Below are positions 1 through 13,930 of a DNA stretch of 64,000 bases, piece by piece; positions within the stretch are counted from its first letter, which is position 1; each line of letters starts with the position of its first letter. The stretch spans positions 62,560,001-62,624,000 of the forward strand of contig NC_087437.1 of assembly GCF_036321535.1 (NCBI RefSeq), read 5' to 3'. The DNA is from Camelus dromedarius. Taxonomy: Eukaryota. The notes below the pieces were generated by a model. The model was given only the letters and a program-made list of their open reading frames with translations. It did no database searches and was not told the DNA's origin. Both the position numbers and the translations under genes were made by a program.

Positions 1-444
1 TAATTAGATTTTTAAAGATTTCTTCAAAGCCCTAAGCATGCCTTTCTCTGTTGACTGAATTTTCTGCCTCCTCCTGATTTGGCTGGATTAAAGGCCCTTC
101 CTCTTAATCCTGCAAACTGAATGTGACAGAGCCAGCAGACATGTAATCTGCGGTGGGAGAGGCGGCTCCTGCAGGCTGGAGCTGGCTGGGCAGCCCCATG
201 CCCTCTGGGCTTCCTCTGACCCCAGGCCCTGGAGACAGAGCTCGGAGCTCGGAACAGGCCTATCTCACAGCCACAGGGGGCCCTTTGTTCTGACTTCACT
301 CTCACTCTGGTGTCCCTGGGGTGGACTGCTAGTTCCGGACTTGAGGGGCTTGGGGGACTGGCATGTGCACGTGACTGGCCTTAAATCCCACTCCTGTGGT
401 GGACTTAACGCTTCTTGGGAAGCTGTTGTTTGTTTTGATTTTTG

Positions 445-447
<3 letters not shown>

Positions 448-495
<48 letters not shown>
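448..495. repeat. (TG)24 microsatellite
   Basis: Perfect TG run read directly. Confidence 0.97.
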
Positions 496-497
<2 letters not shown>

Positions 498-2839
498 GAG
501 AAGGAAACTGTTTGTTTCTATTTAGGACTCTATTGAGGATAAATAGAGCCCTACGAGTGGAAGGTTTGAGCTGCCATCTTTCCCCTTAGAAAACCCCATT
601 GTTAGGAGAGGCCACCGAGCGGTGTCCACAGCTAAGGAATGAACTCCCCTGTCCTCATTGCGGCCGTTTTCCCAGTGCTGCGCTGGGCTGGGCTGGAATG
701 AGGGGATGCCTGCCCTTAACTTTTTACCTTTACCTAGAAACCTATTTTTAAAGCTGTTCATACTTTTTCATGGTCAGAGTGACAGTTTCTCCCCTTACCA
801 CTTTTATCGCTCTCCTGAGATTTTCTAGAGGTTAACTTTAAGTTGTTTACTCTGGAATTGTGTAGGCAGGAGTGTGATGAGTAGTTCAGACTGGACCCGT
901 GGCTGGTCTCCTCCAAAACAGGGAGCGCCTGTGGCCTGGGGAGACAGAGGGTGGAATGGGCCAGGAACTCTGTTCCAAGTGGCCAGTCACCACTTTGCTG
1001 GCTCTCAGGTTAAAGGAGTTCCCTGCAAAGTTGAGCCTGGCTGGGTACCTCCTGGCCGCACAGATTCTACTGGTCCTTTCTCCCGTTGGACAGAAAGTCA
1101 GATCTCTTTCCCCCAGCCTGTTTCCCTTTTGGCATCAGCTTCTAGCACCCCAACATTTATCCTCTGTATCCCTCAGACAGACTTTCTGTTTTAATCTTGA
1201 TTACCTAATTTTGCACTGTTTACTAAATTTTTAAAGCGTGGTATGTCCTCTCAGAAATAGGTGGATGAGTAAGTCTCAAAGCAAATGAAGTAAAAAGTCT
1301 TGGCATAAAGATTGGGTCCTTTATTCCTCTGCTGGTGAGAGCATCCTAATCTGAAATGGAGACCACAGCCCCGGAGGGGCTGGAGGGACAGCTTCCTCCA
1401 GCAAGACGTTCTGCAGGAATACGGATTCTGCGGGCCTCTGGAAGCAGAATGATGACCGCCGTGCTTGACAGTCATCCGTGCTCCAGATGTCTTGTATCCA
1501 TTGTCTCTGATTCTCATGACAGTCCTTCAGCGTATTCGTGGTGCTTGTCCCCAGTTTACAGGGTGCATTATACTTACTGTTGGTTAGGGTTGGAGCCAGG
1601 ATTTGAACCAGGTCCAGCTGATTCTAAAGTCCAAGCCCTGTGTATCACCTGGTACCGTGCAGAGTGGGGGAACTCGATTTAGAGCCCTGTTGTCCTGATT
1701 CAAGCTGTGCCTCTTCTGACCTCCCGCTGACCTCTCTGGGGATGGAGGGGAGGCTCTCCAGGCTGCTCCATTTCACAAAGAGCTTGTCCCAGCCCTGTGC
1801 CCCTGTGCCCAGAGCCTTTGACTTTGCTTTTTGTCTCTCGTGGTTCAGGCTTGAGCTTCAGGCTGGGCAGGGGCTGCCCAGATACCAGTAGCGGGTGGAG
1901 AGTTCCTGGTCCCTGGAGGCAGGCTCAGCTCTTAGAGGTTCTCACTCTGCCCAGCCTCCTTCGAAGTTGATCTGGCTTCTTTCCACTTGTTGCCGGATTT
2001 CTTTTAGACCTCAGACTTGTCATTTTTCCAAGCATGGGTTGAAAAATACAGGAAATTGCTTTTCTTTCCTCAAGGAAGGCAGCCGCCCTGACGCCTTTAT
2101 GTCCCGCGATGGGGCGCCCCCATGAGTCCTGTGCGCACGCAGTCCGGGTGATCTGTCTTGGCCAGTGTGAACTATTTCTACTGGCCGAACGCACCACGGT
2201 TTCTGCACTTCACACACCTCACCTGCTTGCCCTTCCTCTGGTTCACTGTCTCTGAAGCCTGTGAAAGTGTCAGATGTCCCTGCGGCCCATGGAGCTGGGG
2301 GCTGTGTGGCAGGTACGCAGGCCCCCCCACCCAGGCCTGCTCAGTGTTTTTGTCGAAGGTGGTAAATGTTCTCCTGGGCTTTCTATTTCACAGTTGGTTG
2401 TGGTTTAATGTGTGCTTGTGAATCACTCAGCTGTTTTGGCCCCTGGAGTGGCATTTCCCTGGTTGGCCTTCTGCCCGTGGACTGTGCTGTACATAGGCTT
2501 CACTGCCCTGCTCACAGCTGCCTGTTCCACACGAGGGTGGGCACAGACGGAGTCACAACTCAGAATTGTCAACAGGGTACGAGTGAGAATTTGTGGCTTT
2601 TCATCCTCTAATGTAAACCTCCGTCCCCTGCTTGGAAGGTGTCTGCACACCCTGGCGCCCTTGGCTGATGATAGCAGGGAAGGCTGATGCTGGGAAGGTT
2701 AGGAGGCCCCTGCGATGACTGAGGCTGGATTTCCATACCTGGCAAGAATGTTAGTTCAAGTTATGGCCTCCTTTTTGCTTTAAATGCCCACTTGGCAAAG
2801 AGGAATGAGAAGGATTTATTCTTGGGCGTCCCAGCCTCC

Positions 2840-3630
2840 ACCCTGGCCTCTGCATTTCAGCCACAGTGACCTTGAATCTGTTACTCTGACTCATGTGAGG
2901 CCCTTTGCACACGCTGTTTCCTCTGCTTGGAATACTCCTCCCCTGTATTCCTGCATTTCTTTTTCTTTTTCTTTTTTTTTCAATTAATAGACTTTACTGT
3001 GGCTGTAGAACTGCTCTTAAAAAATAAAATTGTTTAACATAAAATACACCAGAGTTCCCATGTGCCCCTCCCCCATACACAGCCTCCCCCACTACCAACA
3101 TCCCTCACCAGGATGGAGCATTTGTCATAATCGATGAACCACTGTTGACACAGCATTATCAGGCAAAGTCCATAGTTGACTTTGGGTTCATTCTTGGTGG
3201 TGCACTTTGCATGGGTTTGGACAGATACCTAATGACATGTCTCCCTATGGCAACATACAGAGCATTTTCACTGCCCATGCATCCCTCCTTCTCCCCTGAG
3301 CATGGTTTTCTTTTTGATGTTTAATCTCTGCCTGCTTATGTTTTGGACCTCTGCTTGCTTGTCTGTGTGTCAGGGAAGCCTTCCTTTATTGATCTTCCCA
3401 AAGAGGTCAGAGTCCTGTGCAGCAGGCCCTTGGTCACATCAACACCAGTTACATTTTATTTTTATTTGAGCTACTCCTTGAGCGATGTCTGCCTCCCCTT
3501 TGAGACAGGAAGCTCCTCGAAGGCAGGGAACCACGTCTGTTTGCTTCGTCACAACCATGTATCCCCAGCACCGAGCTCACTGCCTGCACACAACATACTC
3601 TCCTTGAACATTTGGTGACCAAACAGATGC
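2840..3630 (+). mobile_element. L2 LINE 3' remnant interrupted by an L1 fragment
   Basis: ctttgcacacgctgtttcctctgcttggaatactc and aagctcctcgaaggcagggaaccacgtctgtttg...gtatccccagcacc resemble the L2 3' consensus. Confidence 0.65.
2960..3300 (-). mobile_element. L1MC-type LINE-1 3' UTR fragment
   Basis: T-rich tail, then agagttcccatgtgcccc...catttgtcataatcgatgaacc...aaagtccatagtt...gggttcattcttggt, typical of an L1MC 3' end in antisense. Confidence 0.75.
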
Positions 3631-4859
3631 TTTGTTCTCGCTGATTCCTTTATGCTTCTGAAGTTCAGGACCCCAGGGTCTGCCTGGCTCCACCACCCTT
3701 CCGCTATACCAGGTTCCACGTCGTTCACAGTGCTTCACATGTCCACTACAGTGGAAACAGAAGGACTATTACTTGGCAATACTTTCCAATGTGGGAATGT
3801 TTACAGCATGCCTGGTTAGGGCTCAGTGACAGGTATGATGGAGAAAATTAAGGAAAGATAAGAAAAAGTCCCCATCCTCAGGGATTTGATTTGAGCTTGT
3901 TGATCCGCTAGAAGACAAATAGAACAACCTGTTTGTAAACGTTAGATGGAACCATGTGAAATTATGACTATCAATTAAGTTTGGTATTTGACTGTTGATT
4001 GTTTCTCCTATAAAAGTAGAAAACTCATTTGGTTGAGCCTCATGTACTACAAACGTTTTTCTTCAGTTCGGACTGGCCTCTCCATGGAGTCTGCACCGGA
4101 CGTGTTCCGCCGCACGTTGCTGGGGCTTGGGCTCCAGATGAACGTCTAAATCCTGAGTCACAGGCCAAGACTTCTTTTCCCCCAAGGGGAGAAATACAGT
4201 ATTTTTGCTTTCCTTACGTTGAACCATAGACAGTTTTTTTTTAAAAAGATCTTTCATTGCAAAGCCCGGATGGAAGCATAATCAATAAACTACTAATGAG
4301 AACGTGTATATTGTTACAGAGTTACAGAAATAGGCTTGAATGTCAGCATGATGGCGAAGCACATCACAGAGAGAACATCCCACCTTGTTTTTCCTTATGT
4401 GCCTTTTTTGGAACTGAGACTCCTCGGTCCCCAAGCTCAGGTCCACGGTAGGGTCTGCCCCTTGGCTGGTCAGGCCAGCCCCCTTTCCTTCCTCATTTCC
4501 TTCCCCGAACTGTTTCCTCTCTGTGCTTGCCTGAAAGGTCAGTGTGCAGGGTATTTTAGTTAGGATTTTGGGGAGTTTGTTGGGCACCTGCTGTGTGTAG
4601 GATGCCTCATTAGCTGCTGTGGGATGCACAGATGACTGAGCCCCAGCTCCTGTCCTAAGCAGCACTGCCGTCGGACGGCAGATGCCTGCACAGCAATGTA
4701 AGGTACCAGCGGGAGCGCGCAAACTCTGTGAAAGGTCTGGCCCTGTAGGACCCATGGTTGAATCCCAGCGTGCTTCCTCTTCGAGGGGTCACCTTGGTCT
4801 CTGCCTCCCCACGTCTGCCCTGAGGCTCTGCGGCCACTGATGTTATTGATCGCTGTTGG

Positions 4860-5080
4860 CTGAACGCTCTGTGAGAGCTAGGCTCTATGCCAAGCACTTC
4901 ACTGGGCTTATTTTACTTAATCCTTTGAAGGTGGCTTTACTGTCCTCTTTTGATCAGGAAATAAGTCTAGAAAGGTTGAGTCACTCCCTGAAGGTCTTAC
5001 ACCTAAAAATGACAGAGCCAAAGATGGAACTGTACCCGTCTCCTGGCTCCAAAGATAGAGTTTTTAACCTTGACATTAAA
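4860..5080 (-). mobile_element. MIR SINE
   Basis: tatgccaagcactt...ggaaataagtctagaaaggttgagtcactccctgaaggtc matches the reverse MIR core. Confidence 0.65.
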
Positions 5081-8000
5081 GTGCCTGCCATCTTTTGTGG
5101 CCACACAGGAGCAGAGAAGTGGGAGGAATGTGCTTCCAAAGCAGGCAAAGTCCTGGTCTAAGGACCATTTCAGTTTCCCACGTGACCCAGTTTGCCAGTA
5201 GTAGAGCCAGAACTGAATCAGTCCTGGGGGAGGCAGCTGTGCTGTTCTCTGGAGCTAAGAGTTTCCTGTTTATCAGACACAGTTATGACATGGCTCTGGC
5301 AGCCTTCGGGTTCTCTAGGGGGACGACGGGTACCGTCGCTCAGTCAGTGTGCTGCTGGATCCCGGCCCTTTGAGTGAGCATGCTTGTCTTTGCCCTCGGC
5401 TTCTCTGTCTGTGAGATGGGAACTCCGTACCTGCCTTGTCATTCATAAATCAGGGCGCCTCGGAGCCATGGGTTCTGGTGTTCAGCTCTCGCAGAAAGTG
5501 CTGGGGAGACACTTTTTCAGACAGTACATCCTTTTCTGCAGTGAGGGGGCATGTGGCTGGTGATTCTTCAGTGACAACGAAGGCCCGTGGACTGTGTCGA
5601 CACCCAGCTAGAGGACCCAGGTATTTGGGGGACCGTCGATCTTACTTAGACTGACGTCAAGGTCAGAAAATCATGTCATCTAAAGCTAGTGTTTCTGTCT
5701 TCAGTGAAACTGCTCTTTGGAGAACATCTTGTCTAGGCCTCCCCTGTGTTTGAACACTTTTTACCAGAGAGAGTATTGTGAGCCTTGCCTCCAAACGGGG
5801 AAGCCAAGGTGAACGGGCCAGCCCGCATTCAGGCAGGCCCCCACCCGTGTTCTCTAAGGCAGCTGGGTGGGACGTCGGCTTTTCTCAGATTCCTAGGACG
5901 CTGTGTTCCAGGCCCTTCCTGCCCCCTCTCATAGGGCATCCCTGAGCCTCCCTCTCACCCTTGTGATGCTCTGCCTTGGCCCCTGTGTGTAACCCAGTCA
6001 CTGTGAAATGGATGTGGGGACCCAGAGGCTTAACACAAGCCTGTTGGGAGATTCAGCTGCCAAACAGGACTGCACTCCAGGGCCTGCAGGCCGCAGTCCC
6101 AGCCCCGCCGTCCTCTGCAGCCAGACCACGTTCAGGGAATGCATCTTCCTCCTGGGCCGTGTTTAAGACAGACAGTGTTAGCAAGAGAGCAGAGACAGGT
6201 GAGTGGATGGTGCCAAGTGTGAAAACCACATCCCCTCAGAGTGGTTAAAGGTTAACCAGGAGGAGCAGCACCGCAGGCAGAAGCGTGTTACCTGACCTCA
6301 GACATCATTACTGAAAGGAGAGTGGACGCCTCTGGCTGTTCCAGGGCATGTTCTTGGTAGCCACAAGGAAGCAGGTTTGAGTTCAACACAAGGAAGAATT
6401 TTCTAACAAGGATCTCTGCTCAGCAGTGAGCAGGCTGTCAGGTGTGGCAGGGAGTCTGTGTGGGGGTCCCAAGCCCACATTGTGGGGGTGCCAGATGAAA
6501 GATCCCTGCACTGGATGGAGCTTGGATAAGCCAGCCTCTGGGGTTCCTTCCAAAGTCCAGGTGCTATGTATTTCCTCCCAGTCATCTTTTCTGTCCAGTA
6601 ATCTATTGGTGCTTTTATTCTGTAGTGGCCCCTTCTCATCTGTCTTCTCTTCTCAGCAGTGCACCCTCTAAGCTGGATTTGTATTTGGCCACCATGACCG
6701 TGAACTCTACCATCCACGCTCGTTTTGTGTGCCAGGCTCACCTTGCTTGGAGCTGGCGCCTAGAAAAGCTCTCCCTGGCTCCCAATGGCTTCCCTATGGA
6801 GCCACCTTACCAAGTACATAAAAGTCCAGGTGGGGTGGGACAGCTGTTCAAGGGGACCCAGGGGCACTCTGGAGGTGGTTGGGAAGGGTGGAAGCTGGTT
6901 TTGGTCCTTTGAGTGACCTTCCTCTTTTGTCAGACCTGGTAGCCCCGGGGTGTGACTCCACCCAACCCCAGAAACCAAATTGCCCCACAGGCTGGAGGCT
7001 CATGTCCTTAAACAGAGAAACAATATCCTTACTCCGTGACTCCTGTTTCTCCCCCAGCCCCAGGCTATCTGGGGCCAGACATTGGAGGCGAACAAGTCAG
7101 CACATCTGTCTTCACTCTTAGGAAAAGCCAGTTTTTAATTATTTTCTCAAAGGCTGTGGAATCTGGTCTTCCATCTCCATTCCGCTTCCCCTTTTCTTGG
7201 ACTACTACTCTTTATTTGCCATTTCCAAGTCCCAGGTCTCCCGAACTGACTTCCAGGCCTGGCTGCCCAGGTCCTCCAGTAACCATCCCACTGACCGCCC
7301 CTGCCTCTCTCCCCTCCTCCGCCCTCCTGCCACTTGTCAGACGACCCCTGGCCCTGCTGCCACCCTCCCTGCCGTTCCCATTAGTGTCCTCAGATCTCAG
7401 CACATGGCAGGTGATTTAATTAAATGTGTTCACTTAAGCTAGCCCCTTAATGCTTCCCATAGTTGTAAGATTAAAAGAAGATGCTTGTTAGATTCCAAAG
7501 CATATTAAACAGTCGGTGGAGTTGGGAGTGATGTGATTGAAGATGAGACGTTGTGAGGGAGGTTTCTTGGTACCCAGCCCTGATTTTGTTCGTGTCTCTA
7601 CTCGCTCGTTCCTCACAGAGAGCCGAGTATGTGCCAGGTGCAGAGCTCTGGTTACTCTGGGCACTGCCCCCCTCCTCTCTTCTTTCAGCTTCAGATCTCT
7701 GCTGCTTTCTGAGAGAAGAGCAGCTTTGGTAAGTTCTCCACCGAGCTCCCACCCCGACAAAGTCATCCCCAGCCCCAGCCCTGATTGGAGTGGTCAGTCC
7801 CCACAAAAACCAGAAGGCTTGCCTCCTGGGACCTGGACAGAGTCAGAGCTTTTGGGCTTGGTGACAGCTCCCTTCCCCATTGCTCCTGACACGTATGTCC
7901 AGAGTCTCTGGATGGCTGCTCTTCACGTAGCGTGGTCACCTGTTCACGTATGTGGCTCACCTGGAACAGCTGGAGTAAACGTCACAGAACACAGCACCCT

Positions 8001-8099
8001 GGGGTGGCAGAAGGCAGGCCGTGGCCGGGAGAGGGGTGCCCTGCTCACCTGGAGAGGGCTTAGGAAGGGGAGGTTAATGTGTAACATTGCTCGGAGGCT

Positions 8100-8610
8100 C
8101 TGGCTCAACACAGGTCCTGGGAATGGACTGTAAGAGACAACTGGTATTTTGGGACTGGATGGGTGCTACTGGGGGACCAGGGAAGTAAGATGAAAAAAAT
8201 ATAATTCCAAGGTTTCCAGACAAGGCATTTAATGGTCCCATTGTAAGAAATGGGGAAATCTGGAGGGGAAGATGGTGTATCAGCTTTGGAGAAGTTGAGT
8301 TTCGGGGTGATGGCAGACACATCTGGCTTTTGGTCGGGACCTGGGACCAAAGCTCAGGAGACAGATCAGGTAGGGGAGGTAGTTGTGAGTTGTCCAAGCA
8401 GATGCAGGGAACTTGGGTAAATCTCCACAGGGGGAGAATGTCACCTTTGACCTCATCCAACGACAGGAGAGGAGGTGGAATCTGAGCAGCCAGAGAGGAG
8501 GGGGGAGTTGATGGTGCAGTGTCTAGGAAGCCAAGGGCAGGAGGGCTAGAGGAAGGCCCTGATCAGCAACAAAGAGGCCAGAGAGCAAGACCAGAGGATG
8601 GCTGTGGGGT
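8100..8610 (-). mobile_element. L2 LINE remnant
   Basis: Purine-rich degenerate sequence (ttggagaagttgagtttcgggg...ggaagccaagggcaggag) typical of antisense L2. Confidence 0.55.
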
Positions 8611-8614
8611 TGGC

Positions 8615-8770
8615 GTGAGGCTGTCAACCTTGGCTGTACAGTAGAGTCACCTGGGAGCTTTACAAACCTCGGTGGCCAGGCTGCAGGTCACATGAGAACT
8701 ACTGGGCATCAGCATCCTCAAAGCTCCCTCGAGGACCCTCAAGTGCAGGCAGGACAGAGAACAACTGTGC
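8615..8770. mobile_element. MER5-like hAT-Charlie DNA transposon remnant
   Basis: caaccttggctgtacagtagagtcacctgggagcttt...aagctccc...gagaacaactg resembles MER5A. Confidence 0.55.
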
Positions 8771-9659
8771 GTGTGAGGGAGGGAGATGGTGACTGAGAAC
8801 CGCCTGGGAGAGAGAGTGGGGTGTGTGGAGAGGTTGTTTATGTGGGATTGAGGACCAGTCTGCTAGTGTTTGAGACATGTGATAAGAGATGCTGGGTCCC
8901 AAGCAGGGCTATTTATCATAAGTCATAAGCATATTTTCAGGCACAAGGAACAGAAACAGAGGGGACACTGGTTTATAGAACAGATTCTCCGAGAGGGTGG
9001 GATTTGGGGGCTGCATTTCCTTGGGGAGGGAGAACACGCCTTCCTTTGGGGCGGTGAGACAGAGGACAGGCCAGGAGGACGTCCCACTTGTTTATGACAG
9101 AAAGGCATCCTAGGGCTGTGGAGCTGGGGCACTGAGTGACTAGAATAGATGGAGACAAGTCCTGTTACCTGTGTCTGCGGGCTGCCTCCTGAGTGCACGT
9201 GGGAACTGGAAGTTGGAAGGCTGAAACAGATGCTGTGGTGGATTTGATGCAGATTCGACCAGCAAATAAAGAGAAGGCAAGTGAACTCCCATCTTGGCCA
9301 GACGCCGGATTTCTGGCTCCTGAGTCCAGTGCGTTTCCGTCCGCCCACTCCTGACATTTTCATCTGAGGGCTGACCGCCATCATGTTTGATGAGACTGGC
9401 TTTTAAAAATCTTGTCTTTACCCAGAGACTTGGAGAAAAGTTTAGTTAAACAAATTTCTGGGTTTTTTTTTTTCCTCGTAAAATAATTTTGTATAAAAAG
9501 AGAATATATTCAATCTAAAAATGTAGGAAATGCAATAAGCAGAAAGGAGATAAACATCACCCATAACCCTACAATCCAAAAATAAGATTGTATGTCTCTG
9601 GATTACAAATTTAAGTCACAGGTTTTCATCTCCATCGAAATACCGAGGACAGCCACTAT

Positions 9660-9870
9660 CCGTCCTTGACTGTTTACTCTATGCAGGTACTGAGCTGGGT
9701 GCTCCGTGTATATAATTTTGTTTAATCCTCTCAACAGCCCTATTCTAGGTACTCTTATTATCTCCATCTTACAGCTGAGAAGCTGGGACTGGGAAAGATT
9801 AAGTAACTTGCCCAAGGTCACAAAGACAAGCCAAGGGAAGACGTGGGGCCCCCACTCCCAGCTGCTGTGT
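9660..9870 (-). mobile_element. MIR SINE
   Basis: tttaatcctctcaacagccct...ccatcttacagctgagaagctg...ttaagtaacttgcccaaggtcaca. Confidence 0.8.
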
Positions 9871-9989
9871 GGGTACCACAAAAAACAAAGGAATATGCAT
9901 ACGTGGTATTCCCAGCACAGTCCTGATATTCAGTCTAGTCAACTTATTAACTGTATTTAAATGACTCTTTGAGCAAACCAAGACTTCTT

Positions 9990-10730
9990 AAAAAAAAAAA
10001 AAGCTTTATTGAGATATAATCAATGTACAATAAACTACACATACTGAAAGCGTACAGTTTGACAAACTTTGACATATGTATACACACCCATATATATACA
10101 CACCCATGAGTTGTATCTTCATCACAATCAAGATGATGAACATAGACCCTTCTCCTCCCAAAGAGTATTCCCCCCTGCGCCTCCTGCCCCTTTACCCCAA
10201 TAGCCACTAATTTGCTTTCTGTCATGTTACTATGTATTAGTCTGAATTCGTTAAAATTTTAAAAATCCAGTGTATACTCTTGAGCCTGGTTAATTTTACT
10301 CAGCACAATAGTTTTGAGCTTCATCTGTGCTGTTGAGTGTCTCCATTCATTCCTTTTGTTACCAAGTAGTATCCCATTGTATGGATACACCACAGTTTAT
10401 CTATCCACCTGTTGATGGATATTTGGTAGTTTCTGCCTGTTACAAATAGAGCTGCTATAAATGTGTTCAAGTCTTTGTGTGAATGGATGCTTTTATTTCT
10501 CATGGGTCAACCCCTAGGAGTGGGATGGCTGGGTCACATGGTCAGTGTTTTAACTTTTTAAGAAATTGCCAAACTGTTTTCCAAAGTGCACGTATCATTT
10601 TACATTCCTATGGGCAGTGTATGCTCGTTGCATTTTCTCCACATCTCCATCAGCTTTTGATGTGGTCAGTCTTTTTAATTTTTAGTCATTCTGTTAGGTG
10701 TGCAGTAGAAGCTCACTGTGGTTCTAGTTA
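9990..10730 (-). mobile_element. L1MB-type LINE-1 3' fragment
   Basis: gctttattgagatataat...ccattgtatggatacaccacagtttat...aactttttaagaaattgccaaactgttttccaaagtg. Confidence 0.85.
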
Positions 10731-10879
10731 ATACAATGCTTTTAAACTTTTTGGTATGGAGTTCTTCATAGTCCCTGTAACAACTGTGGAGCCTCAGACA
10801 TCAAACAACAAAAGGAGAAGAAAAGAAATGCAAAAGGTATTACTAGTATTTGAGTAGTAACTGTAGATCCTTGTTTTAG

Positions 10880-11045
10880 TTCCCCTTACGTGCTAAATAC
10901 TCATTAAACCAGCATCAACCCTGCGAAGTAGGATTATCTCTGTTGACAGATGAAGAAACTGAGGCTGAGACAGGTGAAGTGACTGACTTAGGGTCTCACA
11001 AAACAAAGCAAAGACTTGAACTCAGCCTTGTCTGTTCTAAAGCTC
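10880..11045 (-). mobile_element. MIR SINE
   Basis: acagatgaagaaactgaggctgagacaggtgaagtgact matches the MIR core. Confidence 0.75.
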
Positions 11046-11989
11046 TCATATGCTGGCCCCCATGCCATACTCTGTTTTGTAGTTATTCCTAAAAAAAAAA
11101 AAAAGAAAAAAAGAATCCGCTTTCCCACTACTGCTCTCTGCCCCAAATGTGGGATACAAACTTAAGCCTTCAGGATAGTCCAGACACATAGTGGGAAAAT
11201 TATTTCTAGTGTAAATTCTCTGTGGAGTCACTCTTTATAAAATCTCCAAGCCCAAAAGCCTGGGTAACGAATAAGCTTGTCATTCTCTGCAGCCCGGCCT
11301 CTGGGCCATGTTTATTAACTTCACTTACATAAGAAGAGTCCACTTCAGAGAAGGCAGCATTATTACTACAACACCGTGCCACTTCTCCTTTGTGGAGCTG
11401 CTTCTGTCTCAGGTGCAGTCTTGCAATTCAACAACCTTTTCTCTTGGATCCAGCCGTCATCACTGAGAACCTGCCATGTACTTTCATGAATTATCCCAGT
11501 TGTTACACACCCTCCCCTCTCCCTGTGTGATGGGGTAGTTTAGCTTTGTGGGTAAGAGAGGTGGATCATCTGAATCTGACTTCTCTGGTCCTTACTAATT
11601 CAGTACCTATTGTCTAGTAACTTAATGCCCCTAAACACCAGTGTCCACATCTCCAAGATGGCAATATGTTACCTCCTTCACAAGGACTGTGAAGATGTAA
11701 TGGAGTAGTGGAGGTGATCAGTAAACGTTAAGTAGTATTATGCCTGTCTTCCTAACAAGAAAAAACTTTGAGGTATTAAATAATTTGGTCAAAGGTACAC
11801 AGGTAACTGGTAGTGGCAAAAAATTCACATGCCCATCTTCAAGCTTCTGAGTTCCATGTCATTCTGTCTGTTCACTTCCACCCTCCTTTGGGTCCCTACC
11901 TGTCCCTTGAGAAGCTGGCATGGAAGAAAAGGAGGCTGAAAAAGTTATACGACAGAGCCAGCATTCAAAGCCTAGTCTCGTAAAACTAG

Positions 11990-13930
11990 CACTTGCTTAT
12001 TAAAGACAGTTTGGGAAAAAATGGAAAAAAAGGAAAAGATACCACCTATAATCTCACCCCCAACCACATTATGGTGTTTTTTTGTTTTCATCTCTTCTCT
12101 TTTTAGTAGAGAGTGGTGCTTGTTTCTCACAGTTTGCAATCACACTGCAATTGCAGTACTATATTCTTTGTTTTTCACTTTATGTACATGTTTATACATA
12201 ATTTCATACTTTTTGTGAACATAGTTTCTAATGGCTGAAGAGGACGGATCTCAGTCTAATTAACTGTTCCCGAATAGTAGGGTGTTCACATCTTTCCTAT
12301 TCTGTCACTAATAGTAAAAATACTGCTGTATGTACTTCAGAAAGGTTCTTGCAGATGGAGACTCCTGAAGTAGAATCATTGAGTCAAAAGATACATACTT
12401 CTTTGGGGTTTTTTTTAAAGTCAAGGTTATTCGGCAGTAATTGATGCAGAGTAAAATTCACTCGTTTTAGCCATAATGTCTTGTAACTACCCCCACAATT
12501 AAGATATAGATGATTTCTGTCACCCCAGGAAGTTTCCTAGTGCCCACCTCTTGTTGACTCGTCCCTTTGCTCTCAGTCTGTTTTCTGTTCCTGTATTTTT
12601 GTCTTTCCCTGAATATCTTAAGGATTACACAGTAAATCGCCTTTTGAGTCAGGCTTTTTTCACTGAACATAATGCTTTGGAGACTCATCCAAGTTGTATG
12701 TACCAGTAGTTTGTTCCCTTTTTTGCTGACTACTGTTCCATTGTAGAGATGTACTACAGTGTCTGTGTATTCACCACTTGATGGCATTTGGGTTGTTTCT
12801 AGATTTGGTGATTATGAGTAGCTGCTATAAATGTCTGCATAGAAGTTTTTATGTGAGCGTAAGTTTTCATTTCTCCTGGGTAAATACCAGAGAGTAAGAT
12901 TGCTGAATTGAAGGTCAGTGTATATTTAACTTCCTAAGAATATGCCAAACTGTTTTCCAGAGTTGCTGAAACAATTTGTATTCTCATTAGCAATTTATGA
13001 GCTTTCTAATTATTCTATGCCCTTCCCAGCGCTTGGTATTCTCAGGGCTGGTTTTGTCTGCTGTTGGGAGTAGCCATCTAACGGCAACCTCGTGGTGAGT
13101 GTAATGTGCACTTCCGTAATGACTAATGAGGTTGACGATCATTTCATGGGCTTAACATCCACATCTCTTGGTGAAATGTCTGCTCAAGGCTCCGTCTTCT
13201 CCATCTTTTAAAATTCAGATATTTGTGTTGTTACTGATCTATGAGAGTTCTTTATATATTATGGACACAAGTCCTTTATCAGATTTTTATTTTTTGCGAA
13301 TGTTTTCTCCCAATCTGTGTCTTGTCATTTTCTTGGTGGTATCTTTCAAAGAGCAGATGTTTTTAATTTTGACAAAGTCCAATTCATCAAATTTTTATCT
13401 CTTGAATCATGTAAGAAATCTTTGCCTATACCAAGGTCACAAGGCTTTTCTCCTTTGTTTCCTTCAGACTTTTTATAGTTTTAGGTCTGTGATCACTTTG
13501 AGTTAATTTCTGTACATAGTGAGAGGTATGGGTTGAGCTTCATTTTTTTTTCCCCATATGGATGTCTAATTATTCCATTACCTTAAAATTGACCCTATAT
13601 GTGTGGATCTGTTTCTAGTCTCTGTCCTGTTCCACTGGTTTATACGTCCATCCTTTTTTCAGTATCACACTGTCTCAATTACTGTAGCTTTACAGTAAGT
13701 CCTGACCTTAGATAATGAATCCCCCAACTTTGTTTCTCTTTTTCAGAATTCGTTGTCTAGTTTTCATTATTTGCCTTTCCATATACATTTTAGAATCAGC
13801 TTGTCACTTTCTCAAAAAGGCCTTCTGGGCTTCTGATTGCGATTGTGTCAAATCTGTAGATCAATTTGGGGAAAAATGACATCGACAACATGGACTCTTC
13901 CAATCCATGAAAATGATCTTTGTTTTTCTT
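11990..13930 (-). mobile_element. Cluster of old L1M (L1MB/L1ME-like) fragments including decayed ORF2 3' sequence
   Basis: ctttttcactgaacataatgctttggagactcatcc, gccaaactgttttccagagt and tagaatcagcttgtc...aatctgtagatcaatttgggg are antisense L1 hallmarks. Confidence 0.8.

Noticed and set aside
13168..13506. Hydrophobic 112-aa ORF resembling a membrane protein
   Set aside because: Antisense reading of a decayed, T-rich L1 fragment.
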